From an uncultured delta proteobacterium (GTDB lineage Bacteria; Myxococcota_A; Polyangia; Polyangiales; JAFGIB01): a stretch of DNA of 64,000 nucleotides. The notes under the pieces were generated by a model, which saw only the letters and a list, made by a program, of their open reading frames with translations, was not told the origin of the DNA and searched no databases. Below, in pieces: positions 9,824 through 19,850 of this stretch. The stretch is taken from positions 320,001-384,000 of the forward strand of contig CAVZVA010000010.1 in the NCBI GenBank assembly GCA_963778655.1, in the 5' to 3' direction. The position numbers and the translations under genes are program-made. Within the stretch, counting starts at the first letter, position 1; every line of letters starts with the position of its first letter.

Positions 9824-10423
9824 ATGTCGACCCAGGCCACGCCAGCTGCCCGAGGGGCGCAACGCGCGGCCCGCCTGGTGCTCGCGCTGGGTTTGCTCGC
9901 GGCGGGCTGCGCGCCGCCGGCCATGCTGCGCCCGCTCGCGAGTCTGCCCGAGGGACGCAACGCGGAAGTCGGCGGCGCGTTCGCGGCGGTCAGCCCGCGG
10001 CCTTACGCGACCGAAGCCTGGCACTACGTGGGCCAGGCCTGGGGCAGCTTCCGGTTGACCCGCGCGCTCGACCTGTCAGCGATCACCGCGTTCGACAGCT
10101 CGGGCTTCGCGCTCGGCGGCGCGCTGAGGCTTGAGGCGTTTCACAGCTCGCACCTCTCGCTCGGCCCGGAGGTCGAGGGCGGCTGGCTGTGGGGTGCGTT
10201 CGCGGTACACGCAAGCTTACGGCTGGTGGACGAGCTGCGCGTCTACACCGCGCCGCGCATCGGCAACTGGGGTGGCGCCTGGACTCCGGGGGTGCCGGTC
10301 GGGTTGAGCGTGCCGCTGTATGGCGGCTTCCAGCTGCGCGGCGAGGGCCAGCTCAGCTGGGCCGATTTCAAGTACTACAACCGCCGCTTCATCGGCGCCG
10401 GCGCGCTGGTCTATCAGTGGTAG
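9824..10423 (+). CDS. Hypothetical lipoprotein with beta-barrel-like strands
   Basis: Lipobox AAGC; alternating hydrophobic beta pattern; ends in aromatic LVYQW. Confidence 0.6.
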   Translation: MSTQATPAARGAQRAARLVLALGLLAAGCAPPAMLRPLASLPEGRNAEVGGAFAAVSPRPYATEAWHYVGQAWGSFRLTRALDLSAITAFDSSGFALGGALRLEAFHSSHLSLGPEVEGGWLWGAFAVHASLRLVDELRVYTAPRIGNWGGAWTPGVPVGLSVPLYGGFQLRGEGQLSWADFKYYNRRFIGAGALVYQW

Positions 10424-10475
10424 ACGCAGCCGTCGACGCGCGCGTGGCGGCCGCTGGTCTTTGGCCCGGCCGCTC

Positions 10476-11276
10476 TTACCGCGCGAGCTCGAGCTGGGCG
10501 ACGACCGGGATGTGATCGGATTCGCCCTGCACCAGCGCCCACGCGTTGAGCGGCGAAAGCCGCGGGTCGAACAGGATGTGATCGATGGTCGCGTCGAACT
10601 GCCCGGCCAGCGAGGCGTGGCGCCAGGTCTGCTGGCCGGGCCGAAACAGCGGCAGCGCATTGCTGAAACCGTGATCCTCGAGCCAGCGCACGGCGTCGCC
10701 GTTTACACCCTCGTTGAAGTCGCCCAGCACGACCGTGATCGGCTCGGTCTGATCGTTCGCCGTGAAAGCCTGGATCTCGGTGACGTGGTCGGTGCCGAGC
10801 TCCAGATACGAGGCCACCGGATTGCTCTGGCCGCTGAAGGTCGGCCGCAGGTGCAGGTTGAGGATCTGCAGCGGGCCAACCGGGCTGTCGACCAGCAGGT
10901 GCCAGGCCGGGTGCCAGCCGCTCGGTGCGTCCTGCACTCCGAGGTCGGTCAGCGGATAGCGCGAGAGCACGGCCATCGAGCCGGTCGGGTGCGCGTCATT
11001 GTTGTAGAGCTGGTAGGGGTAGCGCCCGTCGTACGCGGCGTGCAGCGCGTCGGGCCAGCCGCCGCCCGTTTCCTGCAGGCACACGATGTCGGCGTCGGCC
11101 GCGCCCACCGCGTCGACCGTGGCGGCGTTGCCGTCCTTGCCGTACTCGACGTTGTACGAAACGATCGTGAAGTGGGGCACGCCCGGGGTGGGCTGCCGCG
11201 GCTGCATCGGCGGCTGGCCACAGCCCAGAACCGCCAGCACGGGCCACCACCACATCCACTGCAACCGCACCGGCAC
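10476..11276 (-). CDS. Endonuclease/exonuclease/phosphatase (EEP) family lipoprotein
   Basis: SYNV, DIVCLQE, GDFN, IDHI and SDHIPV motifs; lipobox VLGC. Confidence 0.9.
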   Translation of the reverse strand: MPVRLQWMWWWPVLAVLGCGQPPMQPRQPTPGVPHFTIVSYNVEYGKDGNAATVDAVGAADADIVCLQETGGGWPDALHAAYDGRYPYQLYNNDAHPTGSMAVLSRYPLTDLGVQDAPSGWHPAWHLLVDSPVGPLQILNLHLRPTFSGQSNPVASYLELGTDHVTEIQAFTANDQTEPITVVLGDFNEGVNGDAVRWLEDHGFSNALPLFRPGQQTWRHASLAGQFDATIDHILFDPRLSPLNAWALVQGESDHIPVVAQLELAR

Positions 11277-11324
11277 AGCTTGGTGTCGCCAATGCGATCA
11301 GTCAAGGAGCGCAGTTGACGCGCC

Positions 11325-12959
11325 TCAAAACGCCAACGCCAGCTCCACCGAGCCCAAGCGCTCCCAGCGCTGCACGTCGAGAGCGCCGAGCGAGCCGCGG
11401 TGCAGTCGCGATTCGAAAGCGAGCCGCGCCTCCAGCGGCAAGCTCGAAGGCTTGCAGCCGATGAAGCTGCGGAACGCCACCAAGTCCTCGGTGGACGGCG
11501 TCTTGCGCGTGATGCGCTCCTGGTAGCGATCGAGGCCCTGGATCGAGGCGTAGCGGCCGTACTCGAAGCGCAAGCCGAGCTCGAGGTCGCGATAGGAAAG
11601 GGACAGCTGCAGCCGTCCTGAGCCGCCCCAGTCGTAGTCGTAGCCGTACTGCTCGAGCACGGACTTGGTAGTGCCGCCGGGGTTCTCCGCGCGCCAGTCG
11701 GCATAGGCGACAGGGCGAATTGCGCCGAGGTCGAACGAGCCGTCGAGCAGGGCGTGAAAGCGCAGCTCCTCGGCCACCAGCCAGCTCTCCCACGCCGGAC
11801 CCAGCAAGTGGAGCAAGGCGATGTCGTCGCGATGGTCGAGCAGCCAGCGCTGATGGTACTCGAACGCAGTCGCACCGCCGATCGCCATGGCATGACCGCG
11901 CCGCGGCGCGTGGGCGACGTCCTGGGTGTAGTAGCCGAACAGCATCGCGCGAAACCACAGATCGATCTCGGCCAGGCCGATGCTGGAGAAGCCCGCGCGC
12001 CCGCTCATCTCGCTGAAGTTTCCTTCGGAGAACACCAGGTGGAAGCGACCGGTGCGCAGAAACCCCGGGATCGCCACCAGCGAGGTCTCCGCGATCACGC
12101 TCTGCATGTAGGTGGTGGAGCCGTGGTCGTTCTCCGCGTAGGCGAGCTGATAGCCCAGACGGAAGCGGTGCCAGTACGCGGAGCTGAAGCCGAGCTCGTC
12201 GTTGGGCAGCGGATCCTCGCGCTGGGGCTCGCCGTGAATCGCGCGGTGCACCAGACCCGCGAGCCCGACGGTGTAGCGCGCCGCGCGGCGGCCGAAGGAA
12301 TCCTCGGGCGTGCCCAGGTTGAGGTAGTCGTTGAGGCGCAAGAAGCACTCGCCCATCGCGATACCTCCGAGCGGGGTCAGCAGCACGTCGTTGATGCTGA
12401 CCTTCTCCCTCCACTCGAGCACGAATTCCCACAGCGTGGACGCGGTAATCGCGTAGGCGGTGGCCTGCGCGATGCTCAGGTGCTCGACTCGCGCCAGCCC
12501 GTAGTAGCCGGAGCCGGCCAGCGGATGCAGGAAGTTGTTGGTGGAGAACTTGTTGTCATCGAAACGGATGTTGGCCGGTTTGAACTTGGCGGTGAGCGTA
12601 CGCAGCTCCCAGTCCGCCGAGTTGGCGTCAGGGTTGGCCCAGTACAGCAGGGTGCCGACCGCCAGCAGGCCGGCCGACGCCACCGCCGCGTGCACGTAGT
12701 GCGGCTTGCCGCGGCCCTTCCCGAAGTACAAATGATAGACGGGGCGGAACGGGCGCTCGTGACCTTCGAGGTCCTCGAACCAGCCGGCGGTGGCGCCTGC
12801 GGGCCGCGGCTGACTCTGCGCGTGAACGCGCGCCGCGCCTAGCCCCACCAGCACGGCGCAGCTCGCGGCCAGCCAGGCTCGGGGCGCACGCGAGCGCCGG
12901 CCCCAACCGCTGCGGGTAGCGCGGTCGACGAACGCTGCGCCGACAATCAGGGCAACCAC
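11325..12959 (-). CDS. Outer-membrane protein with DUF3943-like domain (start uncertain)
   Basis: RFDDNKFSTNNFLHPLAGSGYY and LWEFVLE...SINDVLLTPLGG motifs; beta-barrel-like C-terminus ending in F. Confidence 0.7.
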   Translation of the reverse strand: MVALIVGAAFVDRATRSGWGRRSRAPRAWLAASCAVLVGLGAARVHAQSQPRPAGATAGWFEDLEGHERPFRPVYHLYFGKGRGKPHYVHAAVASAGLLAVGTLLYWANPDANSADWELRTLTAKFKPANIRFDDNKFSTNNFLHPLAGSGYYGLARVEHLSIAQATAYAITASTLWEFVLEWREKVSINDVLLTPLGGIAMGECFLRLNDYLNLGTPEDSFGRRAARYTVGLAGLVHRAIHGEPQREDPLPNDELGFSSAYWHRFRLGYQLAYAENDHGSTTYMQSVIAETSLVAIPGFLRTGRFHLVFSEGNFSEMSGRAGFSSIGLAEIDLWFRAMLFGYYTQDVAHAPRRGHAMAIGGATAFEYHQRWLLDHRDDIALLHLLGPAWESWLVAEELRFHALLDGSFDLGAIRPVAYADWRAENPGGTTKSVLEQYGYDYDWGGSGRLQLSLSYRDLELGLRFEYGRYASIQGLDRYQERITRKTPSTEDLVAFRSFIGCKPSSLPLEARLAFESRLHRGSLGALDVQRWERLGSVELALAF

Positions 12960-13200
12960 CGCTCGGAGGCTTCCTACGGCTGGCGCGCTCGCGCCCGCGG
13001 CAGGGGGGCACGCACCCCGCTCTCGGGCTGGATCGATAGGATCTCCATAGTCGCCACCGTGTGGTGATCGATCATGTAGGCACGCCGCAAGAGCCAGCCA
13101 GCGGGCACGGAAGCACTTGCACGCGGCGGCGCGCTGCTCGCGCTGGCCGGCGCCTGGCCGTGATGCGCCGGCGCGTTGAGGCCAGCGCCCGCACGGCGCC

Positions 13201-14355
13201 TTGACACGGCCACCGGTCAGACCTTTACTGGGCAGCGGGGAGCGTGGGAGCAGGCGCAGTTGGCTTGAGCAGTCCCGCAGGCCGTCGGCGCGCGAGCGTG
13301 CTGCCTCGCCGCGCACGTGCGCAGGGCTGCTTCCCGACAACTACGGCAGTGACAGCGCCGAGCACGTCGTGACCGACCTCTCTGCGTTCGACGGCTGCAC
13401 CGCCGTCGCCGGCGACTTGGTGGTCAACCAGTACGCCGGCCCCGACCTGCAGCCGCTGCACTGCATGGAGCTGGTCAGCGGCAAGCTGGTGGTGCTCAAC
13501 AGCCCCGGGCTGACCAGCCTCGACGGCCTCGACTCGCTGCAAAAGGTCGGCGGCAACCTCGGCATCGGCTTCGCCGAGCAGTTGATCGAGACCAACGACA
13601 GCATGACGCGGATCGACGCGCTGCAAGTGGTCGGCGGCAACCTCTCGCTGTTCTTGAAACAGGTCCACACACTCGACGGGCTGCAGGCGCTGCGGGTGAT
13701 CGGCGGCGGGCTGAATCTGTCGGGCTACTATCTGGCGGCCGCCACCGACAACGGCGGGACGCCCGCCGGCGTTCCCATCGACGACATCTCGGGCCTGGCG
13801 AATCTGTGGCTGGTCGGCGGCACGCTCGACATCGGCCAGGGCGTGCGCAGCACTGCGGGGCTCGATACGCTGGCGGAAATCGGTGGCGATCTGTCGGTGC
13901 GGGACGCCAACGCGCTGAGCGAGGTCTCGGGCTTTCCGGCGCTCACCTGCATCGGCCGCACGTTCCAGGTCGGCGGCCCCGAGTCGTGGGAGCGCAACGA
14001 TGTAGTGCAGGGCGTCGCAGGCTTTCCCTTGCTCGCCAGCATCGGGTAAGACGTGCGGATCGAGGACAACGCGGTGCTGCAGAGCGTGAGCGCGCTGCAG
14101 CAGCTGCAGAGTCTGGATGGCTCGCTGCACGTGAACCGCAATCACCAGCTCACCAGCCTCGACCTGCCAGAGGTCGGGCTCGGCCCGGGCGCGACGGTGG
14201 AGCTCACGGACAACCCCGCGTTGCTGCAATGCCCACTGCAGACATGGGCCACGGCGCGCGCCGCGATGGGCTGGCCGGGCACGCCGCAGCTCTCGGGCAA
14301 CCTCGGGTGCGGCTTCGGGCAGCTCTGTCAGGCAAGCGCATGCGCGGCGCACTGA
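13201..14355 (+). pseudogene. Receptor L-domain repeat protein interrupted by an in-frame TAA
   Basis: CTAVAGDLVV and repeated LxxLxxVGGxL units continue in frame across TAA 14047-14049 (LASIG*DVRIEDN). No signal peptide. Confidence 0.7.
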
Positions 14356-15268
14356 GCCGGTGCGCGCGCAGCGCGCCGGCGCTGCTGCTATTGGCGGCCT
14401 GCGCACACAACCCGGATGGCGGGGCGGCGCAACCGGGCACCGCGCAGGTGGGGGCGCCCGATGCGGGAGCCGACGCGGGCGGCGGCCAAACACCCGGCAC
14501 CGCGGCGGCAGCGCCAGCGATTGGAGCACGCTCAGCACCAGCAGCTATCACAGCTGCGGGATCCGCGGCGGAGCGCTGTATTGCTGGGGACTGAACGACT
14601 ACCGACAGCTCGGGCTGGACCCGATGCAGACGGAAACGCAGCCTTCGCCCGCGCAAGTGGGCAGCGATCAGGACTGGCAGGCGGTCGCCGCCAGCGAGCA
14701 GAGCACGTGCGGGCTGCGCGCGGACACGTTGTACTGCTGGGGTCGCAGCGAAAGCGACACGCTCGGCGTGCCCGGCAGCCAGCTCGGTTACATGGACCAG
14801 CCCAGCCCGCTGCGGGTCAGCGCGGGCTGGCAGGCGATCAGCATGCGCGGCGGCAGGGGCTGCGGGCTGCAAGCCGGCGCGCTGCTCTGCTGGGGCGCCA
14901 CCTGGAACGCGTCGTACGACGACTACTCGACCCTGCAGACGCCCACGCGCGTCGGGAGCGAGGCGGACTGGAGCGCGATCTCGCTGGGCGACGAGCACGC
15001 CTGCGGGCTGCGCGGTGGAACGCTCTACTGCTGGGGCTCGGACAATGGAGCGTCGCGCGGCGTGCTGGGTCTGGGCAGCACCGCGATCAGCGAGCTGCCG
15101 GCACGCGTGGGCGACGCCGCGGACTGGGCTGTGGTGTCGGCCGGCGTGGTGCACAGCTGCGGCATCCGGCTCGGTGCGCTGTACTGCTGGGGCGAGAACG
15201 ACTTCGGTCAGCTCGGCACGGGCGACCTCTCGATACGCACCAGCGCCGCGGCCGTGCTCGAGCCTTGA
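14340..15268 (+). pseudogene. RCC1/BLIP-II repeat lipoprotein, frameshifted near 14510
   Basis: The signal peptide and lipobox (MRGALSR...LLLLAAC...DAGADAG) from ATG 14340 are in a different frame from the HSCG..LYCWG repeats that end at 15268. Confidence 0.7.
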
Positions 15269-15280
15269 GGCGGGGGCTTA

Positions 15281-15444
15281 GAGCCGATCTCAAAACCCTC
15301 CGCGACCGCCTTCCGGGCGGGACAGCGCCGCCTGCGGCGTTGCGCGACACTCGAAATATCAAGAAGTATTCCATCGGTCGCGCGCCTTGCATCCAGCACC
15401 GTCGCGCTCCGAAATCCGGCCACGCCGGGTATTGAGATCGGCTC
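15281..15444. mobile_element. 164-bp non-autonomous element (MITE)
   Basis: 18-bp terminal inverted repeats GAGCCGATCTCAAAACCC / GGGTATTGAGATCGGCTC (17/18 match), TTA on both flanks, no ORF. Confidence 0.75.
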
Positions 15445-15526
15445 TTAGGCGCTGGGCTTGCGCGGCCGCGCGCGGTGCACACTTCCCAAGCGGTCGAAGC
15501 CACCATCCTGAGCACAGGAGATCGCA

Positions 15527-15976
15527 TTGTCGCGCAGATCGCTGGTGATTCGTTCGCTGTTCGCGCTCTGCGCAGCAGTGCTGCTGGCCCAGCTCGTTCC
15601 CTACGGGCGGGACCATCGCAATCCCAAGGTGATCCGCGAGCCGAGCTGGGACAGCCCGGCGACCCGCGCGCTCGCGCGTCGCGCGTGCTTCGACTGCCAC
15701 AGCAACGAAACACGCTGGCCGTGGTATGCGAGCGTGGCGCCGGTGTCCTGGCTGGTCGCGCGCGATGTGGCCCGCGCCCGGCGCATGCTCGACTTCAGCG
15801 AATTCGATCGAGCTCAGCGTAAGGCGCACGACGCCGCCGACGAGGTGCGCGGGGGCGACATGCCGCTGTGGTACTACGCGCTGATGCACCCGGCGGCACG
15901 CCTCTCGAGCCAGGAGCGCACGGATCTGGCCGCGGGCCTGGAGCGCACCCTGGGCGCAAGCGGGCGAGGGCAGTAG
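15527..15976 (+). CDS. Monoheme Haem_bd-type cytochrome c
   Basis: RACFDCHSNETRWPWY...APVSWL and MPLWYY motifs; TTG start preceded by AGGAG. Confidence 0.85.
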   Translation: MSRRSLVIRSLFALCAAVLLAQLVPYGRDHRNPKVIREPSWDSPATRALARRACFDCHSNETRWPWYASVAPVSWLVARDVARARRMLDFSEFDRAQRKAHDAADEVRGGDMPLWYYALMHPAARLSSQERTDLAAGLERTLGASGRGQ

Positions 15977-16041
15977 CGGGCTCGCGACGACGAGTGAGCG
16001 ACGCGCGGGCGCGGCGCCCGGCAACGGCCGTGGTGGTCGCA

Positions 16042-16059
16042 GGTCGGATATTTCCGACC
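16042..16059. promoter_or_regulatory. Palindromic candidate regulator-binding site GGTCGGA-TATT-TCCGACC
   Basis: Perfect 7-bp inverted repeat about 170 bp upstream of the TPR gene. Confidence 0.3.
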
Positions 16060-16227
16060 CTGTAGGGGCTCCTCGATCGAAGCCGGCAAGAACGCTCGGC
16101 GGAGCCTTTGTCTTTACCGGGCCGCGCGGCGCGAGCTAAAGTCTGCTGTCCTGTGTCGTCCTGCCGCGGGCGGCCGGAGACCTCACGCGGGCCGGGCTGG
16201 CCCGGCCTTCTTGTGATTCTGCTTGGG

Positions 16228-16896
16228 ATGGAGACCGCGATGGTTCGTTGCATAAGCGCTGGGTTGGTGCTCGTCGCTTTACTCTCACCGGCTGCCGGGC
16301 TTGCGCAGCAGAGCGCCTCCGACGAGGAAGCGCGCGCCTTGTTCGATGCCGGCCGTGTGGCGTATTCCAACGGCCGCTACGACGAGGCGTTGCAGTACTT
16401 CCAGAAGGCCTACGACCTCAGCAAGCGGGCGCCGCTGCTGTACAACATCGCGACCACGCTCGACCGCCTGCGGCGCGACGAGGAAGCCCTGCGCAACTTC
16501 GAAGAGTTCGTCAAGCAGGTCCCCAACAGCGATTACGTGCCGGCGGCCAGAGAGCGCATCGATTTTCTGCGCGCGGCGATCGCGGCGCGCCAGCAAAAGG
16601 CGCAAACCCCCGCAGCCACACCCGCGCCTGCAGCGGGCGCGCCGACCCCGGCGGAGACCGCGCTGGCGGGCGCCGCGCCCGCGACCCAACCCGCCGCGGC
16701 CCCGCCGCCGCAGACAGGCCCGGTCGACCAGGGAGAAGGCGATCAAAGCGTGACCAAGAAATGGTGGTTCTGGACCGCGGTCGGCGTGGTCGCCGCGGGC
16801 GCGATCGTCGGCATCGCGCTGGCCGCGAGCAGCGGCGGCAGCAAGGCGGCCGCGCCGCTGCCCTTCGACGGCAACACCCGGGACGTGCGCCTGTGA
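16228..16896 (+). CDS. TPR protein with signal peptide and C-terminal hydrophobic segment
   Basis: ARALFDAG...YDEALQYFQKAY...LLYNIA TPR helices; KKWWFWTAVGVVAAG tail. Confidence 0.85.
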   Translation: METAMVRCISAGLVLVALLSPAAGLAQQSASDEEARALFDAGRVAYSNGRYDEALQYFQKAYDLSKRAPLLYNIATTLDRLRRDEEALRNFEEFVKQVPNSDYVPAARERIDFLRAAIAARQQKAQTPAATPAPAAGAPTPAETALAGAAPATQPAAAPPPQTGPVDQGEGDQSVTKKWWFWTAVGVVAAGAIVGIALAASSGGSKAAAPLPFDGNTRDVRL

Positions 16897-19769
16897 GCCG
16901 CCGCTACACAACCCTGCTCTGCGGCTGTCTGGCGCTGCTCAGCGCGTGCGCCAAGACCACCTCGCCGCGCACCCAGACCACGCTGGTGGTGCGCGCGGAT
17001 CCCGGCGTGCAGCAGGACGCGGTCACGCTCTCGGTCGCATTCCAGACCGGCAAGAGCGAGGGCTCGCTGAGCGACGCACACGCCAAGCAGAGCTTCGGCA
17101 ACGGCAAGCCGGGCTCGATCAAGTGGCCGGTGTCGCTGGCCCTGCTGGGACAGAGCGGCACGACCCGCTTCTCGGCCACGATCGAGGCGCGCGACGACGC
17201 CGACGCGCTGGTGGCGCGTCAAGTGGTGCTGAGCGGGTTCGTCGAGGGCAAGACCAAGCTGCTCGAGGTGGTGCTGCACCGGTTGAGCGCGGGGTGCGCG
17301 GACGCGGGCTGCAGCGATGGCCAGAACTGCATCACCGACAACGGGAGCGCCAGCTGTACCGATCCCGCGCTGCTCGATCCGAACAAGCTGCCCACCTTCA
17401 CCGGCGGCAGCGGCGCGAGCGGTCCGTGCAAAGGCAGCGGCGCGCCCGATTGCGGGGCGCACGGCACTTGTGTCGCGAACACGGGAACGGCCTCCTGCGA
17501 ATGCGAGGCCAACTACGAAGGCGACCTCTGCGACGGCTGCGCGCTCGGCAACGTAGACGAAGGCGGCGACTGCGTGCCGGCCTGCGAGGCCAAGGACGCG
17601 CCCAAGTGCAAGAGCGGCGAGACCTGCCTGGTCGACGCCAAGGGCAAGGCCATGTGCGGGAGCAGCTGCGGCAGCGGGCAGGGCCCGGACAGCAACGGCG
17701 ACTGCGTACCGTTGTGCGAGTCGGTGCTGGCGCCGAGCTGCGATTCGCACGGCACTTGCGATCCCACGACCATGCCGCTGCGCTGCAAGTGCGATTCCGG
17801 TTACCAGGACAACGACCACGACGGCAGCTGCCAGCCCGATTGCGGCAAGAGCGCGCTCTCCTGTGGCGCGCACAGCGCGTGCGACGACGGCAGCGGTACC
17901 GCGCAGTGCGCGTGCGACTCCGGCTACCAGGACAACGACGGCAACGGCGACTGCGCGGCCAACTGCGCCACCGCCGGGCTCACCTGCGGCAAGCACTCGG
18001 CCTGTGACGACGGCAGCGGCACGGCGCAATGCGCCTGTGACTCCGGCTACCAGGACAACGACGGCAACGGCGACTGCTCGCCCGACTGCGCCAGCGCGGG
18101 GCTGAGCTGTCCTGCGAATGCGACCTGTCAGGACGGCAGCGGTACCGCGCAGTGCGTGTGCAACACCGGCTACGCCGGTGGCAGCTGCGACCACTGCGAC
18201 ATGGGTTATCAGGACAAGGACGGCGACGGCAGCTGTCTGCCCTCGTGCGCAATGGTCGACTGCTCGAACGCCGGGACCTGCGACGACTCCAGCGGCACCG
18301 CGATCTGCGACTGCGACCCGGGCAACGTGGGCGACAACTGCGAGAGCTGCACCACCGGCTACGTGCAGAACGGCAGCGCCTGTGACTGGCAGGACGTGGT
18401 CGTGGGCGGCGACTTCAGCAGCAGCGGCGACTGGACCACCACCGGGACCGCATCGATCATCTCCGGCCTCAACGTCGCACAGCTCGACCAGTCGGCCGAG
18501 TGCTTCGGTGGCTCGATCAGCCAGACGGTCGACATGCCCGCGTACGCGGACAGCGAGCCTCTGGTGCTCACCTTCCGCGCGCGGCCCGGCGCGACCATGA
18601 ACGGCACCATCCCGACCGCCGTCTACCTCAACGGCGTTCCCCACCCGATCGACGTCGGCTACAGCACGACCTGGGTCAACAACACGGTCTGCCTGGGCGA
18701 GAACGACTACGGCGGCCCGCTCACCATCGCGTTCCAGCGCGCCGCGGCCGCGAGCGGTTGCACGTACGACCCCGTGCAGCTGGACGACGTAGCCATTGGA
18801 GTGGCCGCATCGGGACAGTGTCCGCTCCCCGGGCAGGTCAACAACGGCGACTTCTCCGCCGGCGGTGCCGGCTGGACCGCGGATGTCCCAAGCTCGACCT
18901 ATGGGTCTGCGATTACCTTCACCTCCGGGCCGACGGGCAACGCGGTGCTCACCGGAGCGCGCTGCGGCAACGCGACCCTGCACGGTTGGGTCTCGTTGCC
19001 GACGGCGACGGAGCTGCCGAACGCCGCGCTCTCGCTCAAATACAGCACAACCGGCACCGGGGTGCTCCAGCTCAGCCTCCAGGGGCAGATGCTCACAACG
19101 CTCCCGTCGGGACCGACGACGACCGTCCATCTATGCGTGCCGCAGTGGACGAAGGGCGGCGCTGCACGGCTGGACATCAGCACGTACCTCCCCGGGGGCG
19201 GCCCGTGCAACGATACGTTCACCGCGACCTTGGACGACGTGCAGGTGGTCACCGACCCCGGGTGCGAGGATGCGCCCTTGCTCGACGCTGGATTCGAAGG
19301 CCTCCCGGCCAGCGACATCGAGCCCTGGACGTTGACGCTCAACAACAACAACAACGCCGTGCCGGGGCCGGCCATCGTGATGGACGCCTCCAAGGCCCAT
19401 GACGGGACCGGCTATCTGCAAATGTCCTTGAGCTATGCTTGCACCTCCGTGAGCGCGAGCCAGATGATCGCGGCGCCCGGACCCGACTCGGGCGGTGGAC
19501 CCGCGCTCAAGTACTGGTACTACTTGCCGGCGCTCAGCACGGCCTCGTACCAGGTGTGCGTCGCCAATTCATGCGACATGCCGCCGGCGATGGGCGCCAC
19601 GTGGACACAGAGAACGCTCTGTATCGATCCCACGCTGGCCGGCGTCCCCGTGCAGGTGCAGGTCAGTGGATATGGCGGCAGCGGCGCCTGTGCCAACAAC
19701 TACACGGCTGAAACCATTCGGGTCGACACACTCGAGCTCACAACCGACCCGAGCTGCCCGGCGAGCTGA
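16893..19769 (+). CDS. Large EGF-like repeat lipoprotein with C-terminal beta-sandwich (CBM-like) modules
   Basis: GTG overlaps the TPR gene stop (GTGA); lipobox LSAC; repeated C.C.CDSGYQDNDG.G.C units; three (N/G/D)xxF...W modules at the C-terminus. Confidence 0.8.
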   Translation: MSRRYTTLLCGCLALLSACAKTTSPRTQTTLVVRADPGVQQDAVTLSVAFQTGKSEGSLSDAHAKQSFGNGKPGSIKWPVSLALLGQSGTTRFSATIEARDDADALVARQVVLSGFVEGKTKLLEVVLHRLSAGCADAGCSDGQNCITDNGSASCTDPALLDPNKLPTFTGGSGASGPCKGSGAPDCGAHGTCVANTGTASCECEANYEGDLCDGCALGNVDEGGDCVPACEAKDAPKCKSGETCLVDAKGKAMCGSSCGSGQGPDSNGDCVPLCESVLAPSCDSHGTCDPTTMPLRCKCDSGYQDNDHDGSCQPDCGKSALSCGAHSACDDGSGTAQCACDSGYQDNDGNGDCAANCATAGLTCGKHSACDDGSGTAQCACDSGYQDNDGNGDCSPDCASAGLSCPANATCQDGSGTAQCVCNTGYAGGSCDHCDMGYQDKDGDGSCLPSCAMVDCSNAGTCDDSSGTAICDCDPGNVGDNCESCTTGYVQNGSACDWQDVVVGGDFSSSGDWTTTGTASIISGLNVAQLDQSAECFGGSISQTVDMPAYADSEPLVLTFRARPGATMNGTIPTAVYLNGVPHPIDVGYSTTWVNNTVCLGENDYGGPLTIAFQRAAAASGCTYDPVQLDDVAIGVAASGQCPLPGQVNNGDFSAGGAGWTADVPSSTYGSAITFTSGPTGNAVLTGARCGNATLHGWVSLPTATELPNAALSLKYSTTGTGVLQLSLQGQMLTTLPSGPTTTVHLCVPQWTKGGAARLDISTYLPGGGPCNDTFTATLDDVQVVTDPGCEDAPLLDAGFEGLPASDIEPWTLTLNNNNNAVPGPAIVMDASKAHDGTGYLQMSLSYACTSVSASQMIAAPGPDSGGGPALKYWYYLPALSTASYQVCVANSCDMPPAMGATWTQRTLCIDPTLAGVPVQVQVSGYGGSGACANNYTAETIRVDTLELTTDPSCPAS
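17790..18180 (+). repeat. Intragenic 123-bp (41-aa) tandem repeat encoding EGF-like units
   Basis: Equivalent Tyr codon at 17802, 17925, 18048 and 18171. Confidence 0.85.
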
Positions 19770-19850
19770 CGCCGCCAGGCGCCGCAAAGGCAGCGCAACC
19801 CGGAACGGGCCGCCACGGGCGGGCGCCGCCTGCTCGCACGCGCCGCTCGC

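Noticed and set aside
14047..14049. Programmed stop read-through (Sec/Pyl)
   Set aside because: The codon is TAA, other genes here end in TAA, and the neighbouring gene is also broken.
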